64,000 nucleotides of DNA. It comes from Nannocystis bainbridge (lineage in GTDB: Bacteria > Myxococcota_A > Polyangia > Nannocystales > Nannocystaceae). Both the position numbers and the translations under genes were made by a program. This document shows, piece after piece, positions 46,609 to 55,925 of the stretch; the stretch's first letter is position 1, and each line of letters opens with the position of its first letter. Where the stretch lies: assembly GCF_028368995.1 (NCBI RefSeq), contig NZ_JAQNDL010000002.1, forward strand, positions 64,001 to 128,000, written 5' to 3'. The notes beneath the pieces were generated by a model. The model did no database searches and was not told where the DNA came from. It saw only the letters and a list, made by a program, of their open reading frames with translations.

Positions 46609-47958
46609 TCACGGGCGGTTGTAGACGACCGAGATCCCGAGGCCCACGGCGGGGACGCCGACGATGTCGGGGCTGCCGTCACCCTCGAGGTCGGCGACGT
46701 GCAGCCCGTCGCCCTCGTTCAAGGCGCCGAGGAAGATCTGCAGGTGCTGGGCGAAGCCGCCCTGGCCGTCGCCGCGGCGGATCGACCCGGGGCCGGTGCC
46801 GGCGGTGACGAGGTCGAGGACGCCGTCGCTGTCGAGGTCCCCGACGGCGAGCACACGGGCGCCGCAGTGGACGGGGTAACGCGCGAAGCTCGGGAAATCG
46901 CCGCTGTCCTGCAGGAATACGACGAGCTCGCTGGTCTCGGTCGCGGTGTTGGTGCCGACGCCGGCGAGGTCGGTGACGCCGTCGCCGTCGAGGTCGGCGA
47001 GGATGAACTCGTGGAACCACACCTCGGCCGGCATGCCCGGGGCGAGCGTCTGCTGGACGAGCCCTTGATTGCGCACGATCACGGCGCTGCCGCCCTGGAC
47101 GAAGACGAAGTCGTCGGGGCGGCCGTCGCCGTCGAGGGCGCCGAGGACGTAGCCGGGCGTGGAGGGCTCGACGACGGGCCCCGTGGTCAGCGTGAAATTG
47201 CCGGTGCCGTCGCCGAGCAGGATGACGAGGGCGTCGAGGCTCGGGGTGTTGGCCAGGGTGACGATGTCGAGGTGGCCGTCGCCGTCCCAGTCGACGGCGT
47301 CGAGGGCGACGACGTTGTCGGCGGTGTGCACGATCTGGTCGGTCGCCAGGCCGCCGGCGCCGTCGAGGAACAGGGCGTGGATCTCGAGACCGGTGGGTCC
47401 GACGGTGTGGGCGAGCACGTCGAGCACGCCGTCCTCGTCGAAGTCGCCGCTGGCGCGCAAGATCGGCTGCGCGCCGATCGTCTGCGCCCATGTCAGCGAG
47501 GAGGTGGTCGCCGGGGCGAACAGCCGGGCCTCGACGCTGCCGTCGCCCGGAGTGAGGAGCAGGTCGGCGCCGTGGTGAGCGTCGAGCGGGAGGACGAGGC
47601 TCGAGGTCGCCGGCGTACCGAAGCCGAAGGTGCCGAGGATGCAGAGCTCGCCGGCCGTGAACTGGCCGTCGAAGCAGGTTTCGGCGAGGGGAATGTCGTC
47701 GACGATCTCGCAGGTCCCGAGCTCGTCGCCGCCGGTCGGATCGGTGCCGCCATCGGTGAGCTCGCCGGGGTCACCCGTGGTGACCGGGCCGGGGTTACCG
47801 TCGGTGGTCAGATCGCCGGTGGTGTCGGGGGTGGGATCGCCGGTCTGGGAGTCGCTGGCACCCTGAGTGCAGTCGCCGATGCAGTGCTTGATGTCGAGGT
47901 CGCAGGCGGCGATAGCGAAGAAGATGGGCAGGATCGAGAGTGATGGAGGAATGCGCAT
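46609..47958 (-). CDS. FG-GAP/VCBS repeat lipoprotein
   Basis: IAAC lipobox; repeated D(F/W/L)D.DG..D motifs; T/D/G linker. Confidence 0.88.
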   Translation of the reverse strand: MRIPPSLSILPIFFAIAACDLDIKHCIGDCTQGASDSQTGDPTPDTTGDLTTDGNPGPVTTGDPGELTDGGTDPTGGDELGTCEIVDDIPLAETCFDGQFTAGELCILGTFGFGTPATSSLVLPLDAHHGADLLLTPGDGSVEARLFAPATTSSLTWAQTIGAQPILRASGDFDEDGVLDVLAHTVGPTGLEIHALFLDGAGGLATDQIVHTADNVVALDAVDWDGDGHLDIVTLANTPSLDALVILLGDGTGNFTLTTGPVVEPSTPGYVLGALDGDGRPDDFVFVQGGSAVIVRNQGLVQQTLAPGMPAEVWFHEFILADLDGDGVTDLAGVGTNTATETSELVVFLQDSGDFPSFARYPVHCGARVLAVGDLDSDGVLDLVTAGTGPGSIRRGDGQGGFAQHLQIFLGALNEGDGLHVADLEGDGSPDIVGVPAVGLGISVVYNRP

Positions 47959-48057
47959 GTTGGCCTTTCGGCGAGTGAGTGCCGCGGGGGCCGGGGTCCC
48001 GTTCGCCGATTTTTCGCGGCGTTCGCGGCGCTGTTCGCGGGGGCGCTAGCGAGTGGT

Positions 48058-48170
48058 TCGAGCTGTCCCGGAGGACAGATCAAAGGGGCGCTTGGGTCGC
48101 GCTGTCCTTTAGGACAGATCGAAGGGGCGCTTGAATCGAGCTGTCCCTGAGGACAGATCGAAGGGGCGCG
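48058..48170. repeat. 39-bp tandem repeat, three copies, each with CTGTCC-N4-GGACAG
   Basis: Units start at 48058, 48097, 48136. Confidence 0.88.
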
Positions 48171-48201
48171 GAGATCCGAGGTGACCCCGGGGTCAGGTCG
48201 C

Positions 48202-49632
48202 TCAGGAGCGGCACAGGGCGCTGACGCGGGCGGCCAGGGCGGAGCCGGGCCAGCGGGCGACGAAGGCGGCGGCCTCGCGGCGGGCGCGATCAGCCTCGCC
48301 GAGGCGGCAACGCGCCTCGACGGCGGCGGCGGCGGCCTCCTGGACGAAAACACCGGTGGGGAAGCGCTGCTGGTGACGGGCGGCGAGGTCGAGGGCGGCG
48401 CGGTCGTCGGCGGCGAGCAAGGCGGCGCGCAGCGACTCGACGAGGGCGAGCTCGGCGGCCAGCGAGGGACCTTCGGCGGGTGGCGCAGCGGCGATGAGGG
48501 CGTGAGGCTCGGAGGTCGAAGCGGCTCGTGCGGGCACGGCGGCGAGGGAGGGACCGTCGGCGGGCGTAGCGGCGGCGAGGGCGTGAAGGTCGGAGGTCGG
48601 AGCGAGCTTGACGGACGGCGAGGGTTCGTCGGCGGGCGTAGCGGCGGCGAGGGCGTGAGGGGCGGAGGCCGGAGCGAGCTCGGAGGTCGGCGAGGGGTCG
48701 TCGGTTCGTGCCGACGAGGTGGCGGCGAGGAGGGCCTCGAGGGTGGACGGGGTCGGAGCCTTGAGGGCCGGACCGTCGGCTCGCGCGGGGGTTTGCAGCG
48801 ACGCGTGGGCCGAGGTGACGGGCGGCTCGGGTGGGGCGGCGCGGCCGAAGGCGAGCACGGCGGCGAGGCCGACGCCGGCGAGCGAGAGGCCGACGATCGG
48901 GCTGCTGCCGGCGGCGACGACGGGGACGATCGGGCCGCCGCCGGCGAGGGTGGTGGGAGCGGCTACATGGTCGATCGACCATGTCCTTGAGAGCATGTCC
49001 GATACGACATGTCCGTCGCGCGCGGCGGTGAGCTGCCACGGCGGAGCCTCCGGGGGGCCGACGACGACCAGGGCGGCGAGCACCTGGGAGCCGTGCCGCG
49101 GGCGGTGCCGGCGGTCGCGGGCGTCGAGGCGGCGGACCATGCGATCGAGCTCGCGGCGAGCGGCGCGCAGGCGCGAGTAGACGGTGTTGAGGTTGACGCC
49201 GAGCTCGGCGGCGATCTCGGGCGCCTGCCACTGCTCGAGCTCGGTCATGACGAAGACGACGGCCTGGTCGCGGTCGAGGCCGCCCAGGAAGCCCTGGAGG
49301 ATCGCGGCGGCTTCGGCCTGCTCGACCGGGGCCTCGGCGGCCGGGGTGACGCGCTCGGCCTCGTCGAGCGAGCAGCGTCGCGGTTGCTCGCGCGCGGCGC
49401 TGCGGCGGTAGCTGCTGGCGATCCGTCGCGCGATCTCGAACAGCCAGGTGCGCAGGGTGGCCCGGCCGGCGAACTCGGGCAGGCGGCGGTAGACGACCAG
49501 GAAGGCGTCCTGGACGGCGTCGTCGATCCGGGCCGGATCGACGCCCAGGCTCCGGATGGTGCGCCAGACGAAGCCGTGGTGGGCCCGGTAGACGGCGGCG
49601 AAGTCGGGGGGCGCTTCGAGGGAGAGCGGCAC
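48202..49632 (-). CDS. ECF sigma factor fused to a TM segment, repeat linker and TPR-like C-terminal domain
   Basis: DDAVQDAFL, RTWLFEIARR, EIAAELGVNLNTVYSRLRAAR; tail ELALVE...HQQRFPTG...WPGS. Confidence 0.85.
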   Translation of the reverse strand: MPLSLEAPPDFAAVYRAHHGFVWRTIRSLGVDPARIDDAVQDAFLVVYRRLPEFAGRATLRTWLFEIARRIASSYRRSAAREQPRRCSLDEAERVTPAAEAPVEQAEAAAILQGFLGGLDRDQAVVFVMTELEQWQAPEIAAELGVNLNTVYSRLRAARRELDRMVRRLDARDRRHRPRHGSQVLAALVVVGPPEAPPWQLTAARDGHVVSDMLSRTWSIDHVAAPTTLAGGGPIVPVVAAGSSPIVGLSLAGVGLAAVLAFGRAAPPEPPVTSAHASLQTPARADGPALKAPTPSTLEALLAATSSARTDDPSPTSELAPASAPHALAAATPADEPSPSVKLAPTSDLHALAAATPADGPSLAAVPARAASTSEPHALIAAAPPAEGPSLAAELALVESLRAALLAADDRAALDLAARHQQRFPTGVFVQEAAAAAVEARCRLGEADRARREAAAFVARWPGSALAARVSALCRS

Positions 49633-49653
49633 GATCGGGTCTGTCTCCGCGGG

Positions 49654-51015
49654 TCAGCGGTTCCGTGGCCCGAATTGCAGGTCGAGGCCGAAACCGATGC
49701 GCAGTCCCGCACGCCCGCTGCGGTACACCAGCTCGTCGGCGTGCACGGTGAAGCCCGGGCGGTTGACGGCGAGCAGGCCCTCGACGGACAGCCACAGGCC
49801 GACCGGGCCGCTGGCGCGCCAGCGCAGCGCGGGGCCGAGGGAGAAGCCGGCCCACGGGGCCCACCGCGGGTTGGGAGCGCTGACGGCGAGGGCGACGCCG
49901 CGGATCGCCCCGACCTCGGCGCCGGCGCACAGGAGGAAGGCGAGGGCCGGACGCGGGTGCCAGGTCGGACAGACCCGGATGACGGCGCCGAGGCGGTCGA
50001 AGCGGCCGCCGGCGCTGTCGCCCTGGACCGGGAGGATCCGCAGGGGCGTACCGACGATGCCGGCTTCGAGGCGGAGGCGCGGCAGGCTGACGCCGCCGAA
50101 CAGGCCGGCGAAGCCACCGGTGGTCGGGAGGACGCCGGCGTCGAGGCCGCCCTCGAGCCGGAGGTGGCCGAGCACGCGCGGGGTCGCGGCGGGGGCCGGA
50201 GGCCGGCGGGCGGCGGTGATTTCGGCTGTCTCTTCGAACAGGTCGTCGGAGCCGAGCGGGGGCGAGCGCGGGGCGACCGGCGGGCGAGGTGCGAGGAGGG
50301 GCGGGGTGAGCGAGCGAGCGGAGGGATCGGGCGCAGGGATCCCGGGGGACGGGTCGGGCGGCAGGACGGGCGGGGAGGATGTCCCTGGGGACATGTCACT
50401 CGGCGGCGGGGACGGGGAGGTCGAGGATGTCCCCGGGGACATGTCACTCGAGAGCGGTGGGTCGTTCGCGGAGGTCGAGGATGTCCTCGGGGACAGGTCG
50501 TCGGGCAGCGAGGATCGGTCGCCGGGGGAGGTCGAGGATGGCCTCGGGGACAGGTCGGGTGACGCGGCGGCGGATGGCCTCGGGGACAGGTCGGGTGACG
50601 CGGCGGAGGATGTCCTCGGGGACAGGTCGGCGGGCAGGCGGCGGCTGACGGACAGCGGGTCGAGGTGGATGGCGATCAGGAGGGCGGTGGCGCGCGCGAG
50701 GTCCTGGCAGCTCTCGGCGTGGATGGTGCGGCGGTAGTCGGCGCCGCGCCCTTGCCCGCGCGACACGAGTCGCAGCTGCCAGCGGGCGCCCGTGCGGGTG
50801 ACGACGGCGCGGGCGACGGCGCGGGCGGGCACGGCGTCGCCGGTCGGCTGGCGCAACAGCGCGCCGACCATGTCGACGACGGCGACGGCGGGCGGGCACT
50901 CGCGGGGGGCCTGCCAGTCGAGGTCGACCGGCGGCGCGGCGAACGAGAGGCGAGCGAACACCAGCGCGGGGAGGGCGAGCAAGCGAGGTCCTGAGCTCCG
51001 GCATCGTCGCCGCAC
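49654..51015 (-). CDS. exported hypothetical protein with repeat linker and beta-barrel-like C-terminus
   Basis: Signal peptide, W.APRECP...SC domain, DLSPR repeats, amphipathic beta-strands ending GLDLQF; start uncertain. Confidence 0.7.
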   Translation of the reverse strand: MRRRCRSSGPRLLALPALVFARLSFAAPPVDLDWQAPRECPPAVAVVDMVGALLRQPTGDAVPARAVARAVVTRTGARWQLRLVSRGQGRGADYRRTIHAESCQDLARATALLIAIHLDPLSVSRRLPADLSPRTSSAASPDLSPRPSAAASPDLSPRPSSTSPGDRSSLPDDLSPRTSSTSANDPPLSSDMSPGTSSTSPSPPPSDMSPGTSSPPVLPPDPSPGIPAPDPSARSLTPPLLAPRPPVAPRSPPLGSDDLFEETAEITAARRPPAPAATPRVLGHLRLEGGLDAGVLPTTGGFAGLFGGVSLPRLRLEAGIVGTPLRILPVQGDSAGGRFDRLGAVIRVCPTWHPRPALAFLLCAGAEVGAIRGVALAVSAPNPRWAPWAGFSLGPALRWRASGPVGLWLSVEGLLAVNRPGFTVHADELVYRSGRAGLRIGFGLDLQFGPRNR

Positions 51016-51183
51016 GCGGGGAGGGCGTCAACCGCTCCGTCGCAGCTCGACGCTCGCGCGCAGGCGTGCTCCAGAGCGCGGTCACGTGGCCAGGAGCAAG
51101 CCTGTCTCTCGGGACAGGCCATGGTGCCCGTTACGAGCGCGGAGGAGGTTCGGCGCCGCTCTTCGCCGGCGCTGGCGGCCCGC

Positions 51184-51675
51184 TCACGCCGCGCGGCGGT
51201 CGAAGTTCACGAGCACCAGAGAATCGACGGCGGGACCGCGGTGGAGCACGCCGAGCAGCCGTAGGTGGTGCGAGACCAGGCGGATGGCCTGGAGCTCGGA
51301 CAGGTCGGCGGAGAGGAACGCCGCGACCTCGGCGGCGCCGCTGTCCGGCCGGTCGAGGAACTGGCCGTAGAGCTTGCGCGTCATCGTGTTGTCGATGCTG
51401 CGGTCGAGCAGGAACACGCCGTCGCGGCCGCCGAGGCTGCGCGCGCGCGTCGGGTCGAAGCCGTAGCGGGCGTTTTTCAGGGTGATGGGCAGCGCCGGGG
51501 CTTGCCAGATCCGGGCGCGGCGGGTGAGCTTGAAGAAGCGGCGCGTGAGCACGACGCGCAGGGTCCGGCCGTCGCGCTCGACGGGCGGGAGCTCGGCGAA
51601 CGCGTCGGTCTGGAGCTGCGCGGCCGCGGCGTCGAGGGCCAGGCGCAGGGCGGCGAGTTCGTCGGTGCCGGTCAC
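51184..51675 (-). CDS. hypothetical protein
   Basis: GTG start overlaps the SBP stop (GTGA); GC3 bias. Confidence 0.65.
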   Translation of the reverse strand: MTGTDELAALRLALDAAAAQLQTDAFAELPPVERDGRTLRVVLTRRFFKLTRRARIWQAPALPITLKNARYGFDPTRARSLGGRDGVFLLDRSIDNTMTRKLYGQFLDRPDSGAAEVAAFLSADLSELQAIRLVSHHLRLLGVLHRGPAVDSLVLVNFDRRAA

Positions 51676-52670
51676 TTGGGCTTGCGGCCGATCTCGAGGT
51701 CGTAGGCGGTGGCGGGGTCGACGGCGCCGGCTTCGAGCAAGCCGAGCTTCACGAGCTGATCGGCGAGGGTCTTCCAGCGGGCCGGGTCCATCGCGCCGAT
51801 CGTGCCGCCCTCGGGTGCGGCGAGCGGCTTGAGGGCGGTGGCGCCTTTGGCCAGGATCTCGGGGCTGAGTTCGGTGTTGCGGGCGCGGATCTCGGCGTTG
51901 GCGGCGCTCGGGTCGCGCGCGTACTGCTCCCACCCGCGCAGGGTCGCCGCGGCGACGCGGTCGGCGAGCTCGCGGCGGTCCTTGAGCGTGGCTTCGGAGG
52001 TGACGAGCACGCTGGCGTAGGGGTTGAAGCCGAGGTCGGCGACGAGGATGCAGCGGACCTTGGCGCCCTCGGACTCGGCGATGATCGGCTCGCTGAAGAC
52101 GTAGGCCTGCTGCACGGCCTTGGGGTCGAGGAGGAAGGGGGCGATGCTGCCGCTGTACGGGACGACCTGGACCGCCTCGGGCCAGCGGTACTCGGCGCGC
52201 AGGAAGCTGGCGAACGGCTCGCGCACGCTCATCTGCACGCTGCCGGTCTGCAGGTCCTCGAGGTCGGTGATGCCGGAGGCCTCGTGCACCATCATGCAGC
52301 GCGGGCTCTTCTGCAGGCCAGCGACGATCGCCACGACCGGGGCGCCCTGGGCCCGCGCGAGCAGGACCTCGCTGGCGTCGGCGACCGCGAAATCGACGCG
52401 ACCGGCGGCGACCTGCGGCAGCACGGGAGCGTCGGGGCGGCCCGGCACGATCTCGACATCGAGGCCCTCCTCTTTGTAGTAGCCGTGCACGAGGGCGGCG
52501 AAGTAACCGCCGTGCTCGACCTCGGGGAACCAGTTGAGGGCGATCCGCACGCTCGGGTTCGCCTGCTCGCGGCCGCAGGCGGCGAGCAGCAGGGCGAAGC
52601 AGGCGGCCAGCAGGGGCAGGACGGCGCCGAGGCGCGGGCGCGGCGGGACCGGTCGGAGCGAGGCGCGCAT
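51672..52670 (-). CDS. NMT1/THI5-like ABC substrate-binding lipoprotein
   Basis: LAAC lipobox; LNWFPEVEHGGYFAA...GYY..EGLDVEI. Confidence 0.9.
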   Translation of the reverse strand: MRASLRPVPPRPRLGAVLPLLAACFALLLAACGREQANPSVRIALNWFPEVEHGGYFAALVHGYYKEEGLDVEIVPGRPDAPVLPQVAAGRVDFAVADASEVLLARAQGAPVVAIVAGLQKSPRCMMVHEASGITDLEDLQTGSVQMSVREPFASFLRAEYRWPEAVQVVPYSGSIAPFLLDPKAVQQAYVFSEPIIAESEGAKVRCILVADLGFNPYASVLVTSEATLKDRRELADRVAAATLRGWEQYARDPSAANAEIRARNTELSPEILAKGATALKPLAAPEGGTIGAMDPARWKTLADQLVKLGLLEAGAVDPATAYDLEIGRKPK

Positions 52671-52752
52671 GCCCACAGGGTATAACGGAGCGCGGCGGTC
52701 GTACCAGCGGACTCGACCGGCCGGGCGGCAGGATCCTGGCGGCTGGACTTCG

Positions 52753-52790
52753 GGACATGGTGAAAGGGCCATGTCCTCGAGGTCATGTCG
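52753..52790. repeat. 14-bp-period array, 3 units
   Basis: CATG at 52756, 52770, 52784. Confidence 0.75.
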
Positions 52791-52825
52791 CACCTCGGCT
52801 CGGGCGGAGCACGGGGTAGGCGGAA

Positions 52826-53875
52826 TCAGGCGACCGGGATCGGCAGCGGTAGGATGCTGTCGGGCTGGCCGCCGGCGATCCGGGCCCGGCTGTCGTGGAC
52901 CTGCCGGTGCGGGGTGTCGAGGGGGATCGCGCTGGCGTCGTCGAGGCGCGCGCGCTGGGCCGGCGAGAGCTCGAGGGTGAGGGCGGCGAGGGCGGCGTCG
53001 AGCTGTTCGCGGGTGCGCGGGCCGAGGATCGGGACGCGGGCGCTGGTGGAGGCGGCGGCGTGGGCCAGCGACCAGGCGAGGGCGACCTGGGTCGGCGCGA
53101 CGCCGGCCTCGGCGGCGACGGCGAGGACGGCGTCGAGGACGGCGGTCTCGCGGGCGCTCTTCTCGGTGTGGACCAGCATGCCGAGGCCGGTGAGGCGGCC
53201 CTCGTCGCCGGTGCGGTACTTGCCGGTCAGGAAGCCGCCGCCGAGCGGCGACCACAAGGCCGCGCCGAGCCCCAGCGCCTCGGCCATCGGCAGCAGCTCG
53301 CGCTCGCCGGTGCGCTCGACCAGGCTGTGCTCGATCTGGATGCCGGCGAGCGGGGTCCAGCCGCGTAGCTCGGCGATCGCGTCGCCCCGCGCGACCCGCC
53401 AGGCGGGGAAGTTGGAGAGGCCGCCGTGGAGGATCTTGCCGGCGCGGGCGAGGTCGTCGAGGCCGCGCACGATCTCGTCGATCGGCGTCAGGCCGTCGGG
53501 GAAGTGGACCCAGTACAGCTCGAGGCGATCGGTCTTGAGCCGGCGCAGGCTGGCCTCGAGGGCGGCGATCATGGTGCGGCGGCTGTTGCCGGTGGCGTGC
53601 AGACCACCCTGGACGCCGAGGGTGTACTTGCTGGCGACGACGAAGCGGTCGCGCTCGGCGGCGAGGAACTCACCGAGGAGCTGCTCCGACTGACCGACCT
53701 GGTAGGCGTCGGCGGTGTCGATGAAATTGCCGCCCGCCTCGGCGTAGGCGTCGAAGATCCGCCGCGCCTCGGCAGGCTCGCTGCCGTGACCCCAACCCGT
53801 GCCGAAGTTGCCGGTGCCGAGCGCGAGCTCGGAGACGCGTAGACCCGTACGACGACCGAATGGCTTGTAACGCAT
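52826..53875 (-). CDS. aldo/keto reductase
   Basis: GLRVSELALGT, GGNFIDTADAY, SKY, SLRRLKTD, WSPLGGG.LTGKY. Confidence 0.94.
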   Translation of the reverse strand: MRYKPFGRRTGLRVSELALGTGNFGTGWGHGSEPAEARRIFDAYAEAGGNFIDTADAYQVGQSEQLLGEFLAAERDRFVVASKYTLGVQGGLHATGNSRRTMIAALEASLRRLKTDRLELYWVHFPDGLTPIDEIVRGLDDLARAGKILHGGLSNFPAWRVARGDAIAELRGWTPLAGIQIEHSLVERTGERELLPMAEALGLGAALWSPLGGGFLTGKYRTGDEGRLTGLGMLVHTEKSARETAVLDAVLAVAAEAGVAPTQVALAWSLAHAAASTSARVPILGPRTREQLDAALAALTLELSPAQRARLDDASAIPLDTPHRQVHDSRARIAGGQPDSILPLPIPVA

Positions 53876-53995
53876 GGTTCGTTCCTGGTTCTATATTATG
53901 GTCGTCATATGAAATAGGCAAGGGACCGTTTGTGAGATCGGTTGAGTCGGTGCGGGCGGATCCGCTCGGCCGGCGCTTGCGATCGGATCGGTGTT

Positions 53996-54012
53996 CGTTC
54001 AATGATTGAACG
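53996..54012. promoter_or_regulatory. palindromic operator candidate at the MFS start
   Basis: CGTTCAAT-G-ATTGAACG perfect inverted repeat. Confidence 0.55.
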
Positions 54013-55378
54013 CATGCATGTTCGCCTGTCGCCGTTGGTCGTGGCCAGCCTCGCCGTGTTCGCGGTGTTCCTCGACACGACGGTCCTGTTCGTGGCGTTC
54101 CCGTCGATCGTGGCGTCGTTCCCGGCGGTGCCGACGGCCGAGCTGTCGTGGGTGCTGAACGCGTACACGATCGTGTTCGCGGCTGCGCTGGTGCCGTTCG
54201 GGCGGCTGGCCGATCGCTGGGGTCATCGGGCGACGTTCCTCGCGGGCTCGGTCGCGTTCACGCTGGCGTCGCTGCTGTGCGCGGCGGCGCCGACACCGGG
54301 GCTGCTGGTGGCCGCGCGCGTGCTGCAGGCGGCCGGCGGCGCGGCGCTGGTGCCGTCGTCGCTGGCGCTGGTGATGCGGGCGACGCCGCGCGAGCAGCTG
54401 CCGGTGGCGCTGGCGGTGTGGGGCGCGACGGGGGCGGTGGCGGGGGCGGTCGGGCCGACGCTCGGCGCTGCGCTGATCGAGGCGTGCGGCTGGCGCTGGG
54501 TGTTCGTCATCAACCTGCCGGTCGGGCTGGTGACGGTGCTGCTCGGCCGTCGGCGGCTGGCCGAGTCGCGCGACCCGGACAGCGTGCTGCCGGCGCCGCT
54601 CGGGGTGGTGCTGCTGGTGTCCGCGGCGGTGCTGGTGACGCTGGCGCTGGTGCTCGGGGAGGCGTGGGGCTGGACGTCGCGGAGGACGATGGCGACGCTG
54701 GTGGCCGGGCTGGCGACGCTGGCGGCGTTCGTGATCCATCAGGCGCGCACGCGGGCGCCGACGATCGATCCGTCGCTGTTCGCGTCCCGCAACTTCCGCT
54801 GGGCCAACGCGGCGACGTTGACCTTCGGCGCGGCGTTCACGGCGATGTTCCTGGCCAGCGTCCTGTTCCTCACCGCGGTGTGGGGCTGGTCGATCCTCGC
54901 GGCGGGCTTCGGCGTCGCGCCCGGGCCGCTGCTGGTGGCCGTGATGTCGCCGCGGTTCGGGCGGCTGGCGGCGCGGATCGGCCAGCGGCCGCTGCTGATC
55001 GCCGGCGGGCTGGCGTTCGCGCTCGGCGGGCTGTGGCGCCTGGTGATGCTGTCGGCCGAGGTCGACTACGCGGTCGACTACCTGCCGTCGATGCTGCTGA
55101 CGGGGACGGGGGTGGCGCTGTGCCTGCCGCAGCTGTCGAGCGTGGTCGGCCAGGCGCTGCCGGCCAACCGGCTCGGGGTCGGCGGGGCGGTGCATCAGGC
55201 GCTGCGCCAGTTCGCGGGGACGCTCGGGGTGGCGCTGGCGATCGGGCTGACGGCCGGGGCGAGCGGACCGACCGACGCGCTGGCGCGGTTCGATCAGGTG
55301 TGGTGGGTGCTGATCGCGGGCGGGGTGGCGACGGCGCTGTGCTCGCTGCCCCTTCGGACAGGTCCGGCCCGGCCGTGA
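54002..55378 (+). CDS. DHA2 (14-TM) MFS efflux transporter
   Basis: LDTTV...AFPSI, SWVLNAY, GRLADRWG, WRWVFVINLPVG; start 54002 or 54014. Confidence 0.92.
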   Translation: MIERMHVRLSPLVVASLAVFAVFLDTTVLFVAFPSIVASFPAVPTAELSWVLNAYTIVFAAALVPFGRLADRWGHRATFLAGSVAFTLASLLCAAAPTPGLLVAARVLQAAGGAALVPSSLALVMRATPREQLPVALAVWGATGAVAGAVGPTLGAALIEACGWRWVFVINLPVGLVTVLLGRRRLAESRDPDSVLPAPLGVVLLVSAAVLVTLALVLGEAWGWTSRRTMATLVAGLATLAAFVIHQARTRAPTIDPSLFASRNFRWANAATLTFGAAFTAMFLASVLFLTAVWGWSILAAGFGVAPGPLLVAVMSPRFGRLAARIGQRPLLIAGGLAFALGGLWRLVMLSAEVDYAVDYLPSMLLTGTGVALCLPQLSSVVGQALPANRLGVGGAVHQALRQFAGTLGVALAIGLTAGASGPTDALARFDQVWWVLIAGGVATALCSLPLRTGPARP

Positions 55379-55391
55379 TACAAGGTGCCCC

Positions 55392-55847
55392 GTGCGGCGC
55401 AAGCGGCTCGACCGGATGCAGTGCTCGATCGCGCGGGCGCTCGATGTCGTCGGCGATCCGTGGACGCTGCTGCTCGTGCGCGACGCGCTGCTCGGGGTGA
55501 CCCGCTTCGAGGCGTTCCAGGCGCGGCTGCAGATCCCGCGGGCCACGCTGACGGCCCGGCTGGAGCACCTGGTCCGCGCCGGGATCCTGGAGCGCCGGTC
55601 CTACCAGGACCACCCGCCGCGCGAGGAGTACGTGCCGACGGCGAAGGGCCGCGGGCTGCGGCCGGTGATCATCACGCTGATGCAGTGGGGCGACGAGTTC
55701 GCCCGCGACGATCCGCCGCCGACCGTCCTCGAGGACGCGAGCACGGGGCTGCCGATCGAGCCGACCCTGGTCGACCGCGTCAGCGGGGCGCCGCTCACGG
55801 CGCTGCGCGTGCGCGCGGTCGGACCGCTGGTGCCGCGGCGGGGCTGA
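55392..55847 (+). CDS. HxlR family regulator
   Basis: CSIARALDVVGDPWTLLLVRD, YQDHPPREEY.PT.KGR.L. Confidence 0.92.
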   Translation: MRRKRLDRMQCSIARALDVVGDPWTLLLVRDALLGVTRFEAFQARLQIPRATLTARLEHLVRAGILERRSYQDHPPREEYVPTAKGRGLRPVIITLMQWGDEFARDDPPPTVLEDASTGLPIEPTLVDRVSGAPLTALRVRAVGPLVPRRG

Positions 55848-55855
55848 TGGGAGCG

Positions 55856-55921
55856 AGACATGCTCGATGGGGCATGTCTGTCGGGACATGAACGATGGGG
55901 CATGTCGAAGAGGACATGCCC
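55856..55921. repeat. 14-bp-period array, 5 units
   Basis: CATG at 55859, 55873, 55887, 55901, 55915; between convergent genes. Confidence 0.9.
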
Positions 55922-55925
55922 GAGG

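Noticed and set aside
47808-48353. Minus-strand ORF with SICPQGQ repeats
   Set aside because: Translation of the 39-bp DNA repeat; overlaps two real genes
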